IMG/VR virus record: IMGVR_UViG_3300037439_000286
Source: an uncultured virus (IMG/VR IMGVR_UViG_3300037439_000286)
Taxonomy: Duplodnaviria; Heunggongvirae; Uroviricota; Caudoviricetes
DNA length: 20,000 nucleotides
Strand: one strand, 5' to 3'
The position numbers were made by a program, and so were the translations under genes. The notes beneath the pieces are model-generated. The model saw nothing but the letters and a program-made list of their open reading frames with translations, had not been told where the DNA came from and did no database searches. Shown in pieces: positions 17,765 through 20,000 of the stretch (positions are counted from its first letter, which is position 1; the number at the start of each line of letters is the position of its first letter).

Positions 17765-19177
17765 TTACATCGCCGGCAGGTAGAACACGCCGCCACCGAG
17801 GTAGTCCGCGCCGCTCGGCTTGCCGCCACCGATGCCGCCGCCCGAACCGGCCGCGCCGCCGCTCAGCCCGCCTCCAGGTCCACCTCCAGGCCCACCGCCG
17901 GGTCCTTGTGTGCCCTGATGGTACCAAGGTACGCCGCCACCGCCCGAGCCCGCCGAGCCTGCCGAGCCCGCGGCACCGGCCGGCCCCTGGTTGGCGAACT
18001 GATACCCGCCCTCGCCGCGTACGACCGGCCCGGTCCCCCATCCCCACTCCCACTCGCCGGCCTCGTTCTGCCGGTATCCGTACGGCCCGACCAGCGCCCC
18101 GATGTTCTCCTGTCGCATCCCACTGTCGTGGAGCCAATTCGTGAACTGGTCGAACGACTCCCCAGACATCGGGGCCGAGGGCGTCGACCCGGGGAAGCCG
18201 CCGGTGTTCGAGATGCCGGACGTGCGGTCCCTCATCCATCCCGGCGTCCCCATGTCCAGGTTCGATGGGTCGATGCCGCCGAAGATCGAGCCGCGCATGT
18301 CAGGGCCGGGGCCGACGCCGGTGTAGCGCTGCGAGCCGCGCGGCCCGAAGATCCATTCGAGGATGTCCGCGCCCGAGGAGCCAGGAGGCGGGCCGGCAGT
18401 ACCTCCGGGCGGGACGTTCTTGCCGCGCTTGTTCCCGCCACGCTTGCCACCTCCAGGCCCGCCTGCCGCGCCGGCCCCAGCCCCGGCTCTGCCTCCGCCG
18501 CCACGTCCCCCTCGGCCTCCGGGTCCCGGCACTCCACTGGCGGCGGGTGGAGCCGCGGGGGACGTGGCGCTTGGGCCACTGCTGCCTACACCGCCACCGC
18601 CCACGAACCTGGTTGGTTCGGCTGCCCCGCCGAACGGCTGGGTCGGCTGCCAGTCGACGAACGACGGCCGGTGCTGGACTCCGGCATACGGCTCGAAGGA
18701 GAACTGGTGCTTCCCGCCGCTGCCTCCGCCCTTGGGCTTGGTGGGCTTCTCGGGTCCAGACCGGTCTCCGCCGGGCCGATCCTGGTCCCAGGTCCCGCCG
18801 CCCGGCCGCCCCTGGTCCGCGAGCCCATGAAGCGGGCCGCCAGAAGGGCCGAACTGCGCGCCAGGGCCAGAGAAGAAGTGCCATAGGTAGCCGCCGGGCA
18901 GGTCGGGGGACTGGCCTTCCCCGCCGGTCCGCACGTTCCTCTCGTGCGCGCCCGCCAGCTTGCCGAGCTTGCCGTACTTCTGGAGCCAGTCAGGGACATC
19001 GTAATCCGGGTTCCCGCCGGCCGTGCCGCGCGACTGAGCCGCTTTGTACTCCAACCAGTTGGAGATGTCGCCGGGGAAGCGCCCGCCCTGGCTGATCGCG
19101 TAGTAGAAGGACGGATCGAGCCCGCCGCCCGAAGGGTCGGTGGTGGGGCCGTAGGGATCGAAGCCGGTGTAGGGCAT
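17765..19177 (-). CDS. Gly/Pro-rich low-complexity protein (470 aa), putative virion-associated
   Basis: The start is taken as ATG 19177 (MPYTGFDP), just after the previous stop. Contains GPGGG repeats and interspersed aromatic residues. Confidence 0.7.
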   Translation of the reverse strand: MPYTGFDPYGPTTDPSGGGLDPSFYYAISQGGRFPGDISNWLEYKAAQSRGTAGGNPDYDVPDWLQKYGKLGKLAGAHERNVRTGGEGQSPDLPGGYLWHFFSGPGAQFGPSGGPLHGLADQGRPGGGTWDQDRPGGDRSGPEKPTKPKGGGSGGKHQFSFEPYAGVQHRPSFVDWQPTQPFGGAAEPTRFVGGGGVGSSGPSATSPAAPPAASGVPGPGGRGGRGGGGRAGAGAGAAGGPGGGKRGGNKRGKNVPPGGTAGPPPGSSGADILEWIFGPRGSQRYTGVGPGPDMRGSIFGGIDPSNLDMGTPGWMRDRTSGISNTGGFPGSTPSAPMSGESFDQFTNWLHDSGMRQENIGALVGPYGYRQNEAGEWEWGWGTGPVVRGEGGYQFANQGPAGAAGSAGSAGSGGGGVPWYHQGTQGPGGGPGGGPGGGLSGGAAGSGGGIGGGKPSGADYLGGGVFYLPAM

Positions 19178-19196
19178 GGTGTGGGCCGTTCCTGCC

Positions 19197-19424
19197 TTAT
19201 TCGCCGGCCTTCTTCTCGTTCCGCGCGATCGCGGCATTGGCCCACATCACCGCCTCTTCGAGCTTGGTCAGCGCGAGAGACCGTTCACGAGACTCGGGGC
19301 AGTGCTCCAGGTAGCTCGCGGCGAGGCCCTTCGCCAGCTCACGCAGCTCTTCGTAGCGCGCGGCCTGCGTGCCGAACGGCGGGTGGTAGGTGAAGTTGTT
19401 GTCGATCGGGTACTGGGTTGCCAT
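19197..19424 (-). CDS. Acb2/Tad1-hairpin-like small protein, candidate immune-signal sponge
   Basis: GAAGGAG RBS. NNFTYHPP...YEELR...CPESRERSLALTKLEEAVMWANAAIARN resembles the Tad1 C-terminal helix pattern (SRE..AL T..EEA.MW). Confidence 0.75.
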   Translation of the reverse strand: MATQYPIDNNFTYHPPFGTQAARYEELRELAKGLAASYLEHCPESRERSLALTKLEEAVMWANAAIARNEKKAGE

Positions 19425-19482
19425 TCAAAGTTCTCCTTCTGTGTGTGGGCGTGGCGTGGGGCCGCCGATATACTGGCCTACC

Positions 19483-20000
19483 CTACCCTCCTCCAAACGC
19501 CCGCAGGATCTCCACGGGCGGCGGCTGGCGCTTCGGCATCGGTTTCGCGACCGGGATGTCGGTTGCGCCGCCGATCGGCCTCGCGACCCCGCGATCGGTC
19601 GGGCCGAGGGGCCGCGGCGGCCGGGGGCTGGGGTTGCCGCCGTTCTGGCGCCAGTAGCGTGCGTTGGCCCCGCTGCCCCACGCGCCACCCGGCCCACCGG
19701 TTCCCGTGCCCGTTCCCGCTCCAGTACCGGCCCCCGGCTGCGGCATCATCGGGGCCATCGGGTTGGGGGCCATCTGGCCCGGCATCTGCGGTGTCATCGG
19801 GTTGCCTGCGATGCCGCTCTTACCGGAGGGGGACGCGCCGTACCCATATCCATAGGGAGAATCCGGCGATTCACCTCCGGCCACGCCGCTCTTGCCAGAC
19901 GGCTCGGCACCGTACCCGTATCCATACGGCGAGCCAGGCCCCGGGCCGGCACCGGGCATTCCTGGCATTCCTGGCATTCCTGGCATTCCTGGCAGCGCGA
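19483..20000 (-). CDS. Pro/Gly/Met-rich repetitive protein, start probably beyond the window
   Basis: The frame is open to the right edge. It has MPG repeats and a duplicated SPYGYGYG..PSGKSG motif. Confidence 0.65.
   Translation of the reverse strand, partial: ALPGMPGMPGMPGMPGAGPGPGSPYGYGYGAEPSGKSGVAGGESPDSPYGYGYGASPSGKSGIAGNPMTPQMPGQMAPNPMAPMMPQPGAGTGAGTGTGTGGPGGAWGSGANARYWRQNGGNPSPRPPRPLGPTDRGVARPIGGATDIPVAKPMPKRQPPPVEILRAFGGG
19955..19994. repeat. Perfect 9-bp tandem repeat (GGCATTCCT x4 plus a partial copy), encoding MPG repeats on the - strand
   Basis: Read directly from the sequence. Confidence 0.9.

Noticed and set aside
19955..19994. Tandem repeats as a CRISPR array or phase-variation tract
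   Set aside because: There are no spacers, and the 9-bp unit keeps the frame, so it is a simple coding repeat. The same holds for the 9-bp repeat near 4108-4130.
1..20000. tRNA/rRNA genes, integrase, transposase or stop-codon reassignment
   Set aside because: None was recognised, and the standard code gives near-complete coding coverage.

Overview
This is a GC-rich (roughly high-60s % by eye), densely coding fragment of what is most likely a tailed phage or prophage genome, with two convergent arms. The + arm (1-7469) carries a 5'-truncated, strongly divergent family-A DNA polymerase. Behind it is a chain of small, mostly translationally coupled genes: a coiled-coil protein apparently on a leaderless promoter, a DarG/Poa1p-type macrodomain, a Lar-like zinc protein, a lysozyme-fold endolysin, an FN3/poly-Pro protein and several hypotheticals. 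The - arm (20000-7503) carries Gly/Pro-rich putative internal virion/ejection proteins, an Acb2/Tad1-like small protein and an 1884-aa polyvalent virion protein. That large protein contains an ADP-ribosyltransferase-like module, an FtsK-gamma-like HTH and a KOW-like module, and it is followed by small membrane (holin-like) genes. The most notable points are (i) coordinated substitutions in polymerase motifs A, B and C, (ii) a probable injected ART together with a stand-alone macrodomain, and (iii) a set of candidate anti-defence genes. All family calls come from recognising motifs by eye; no searches were run.
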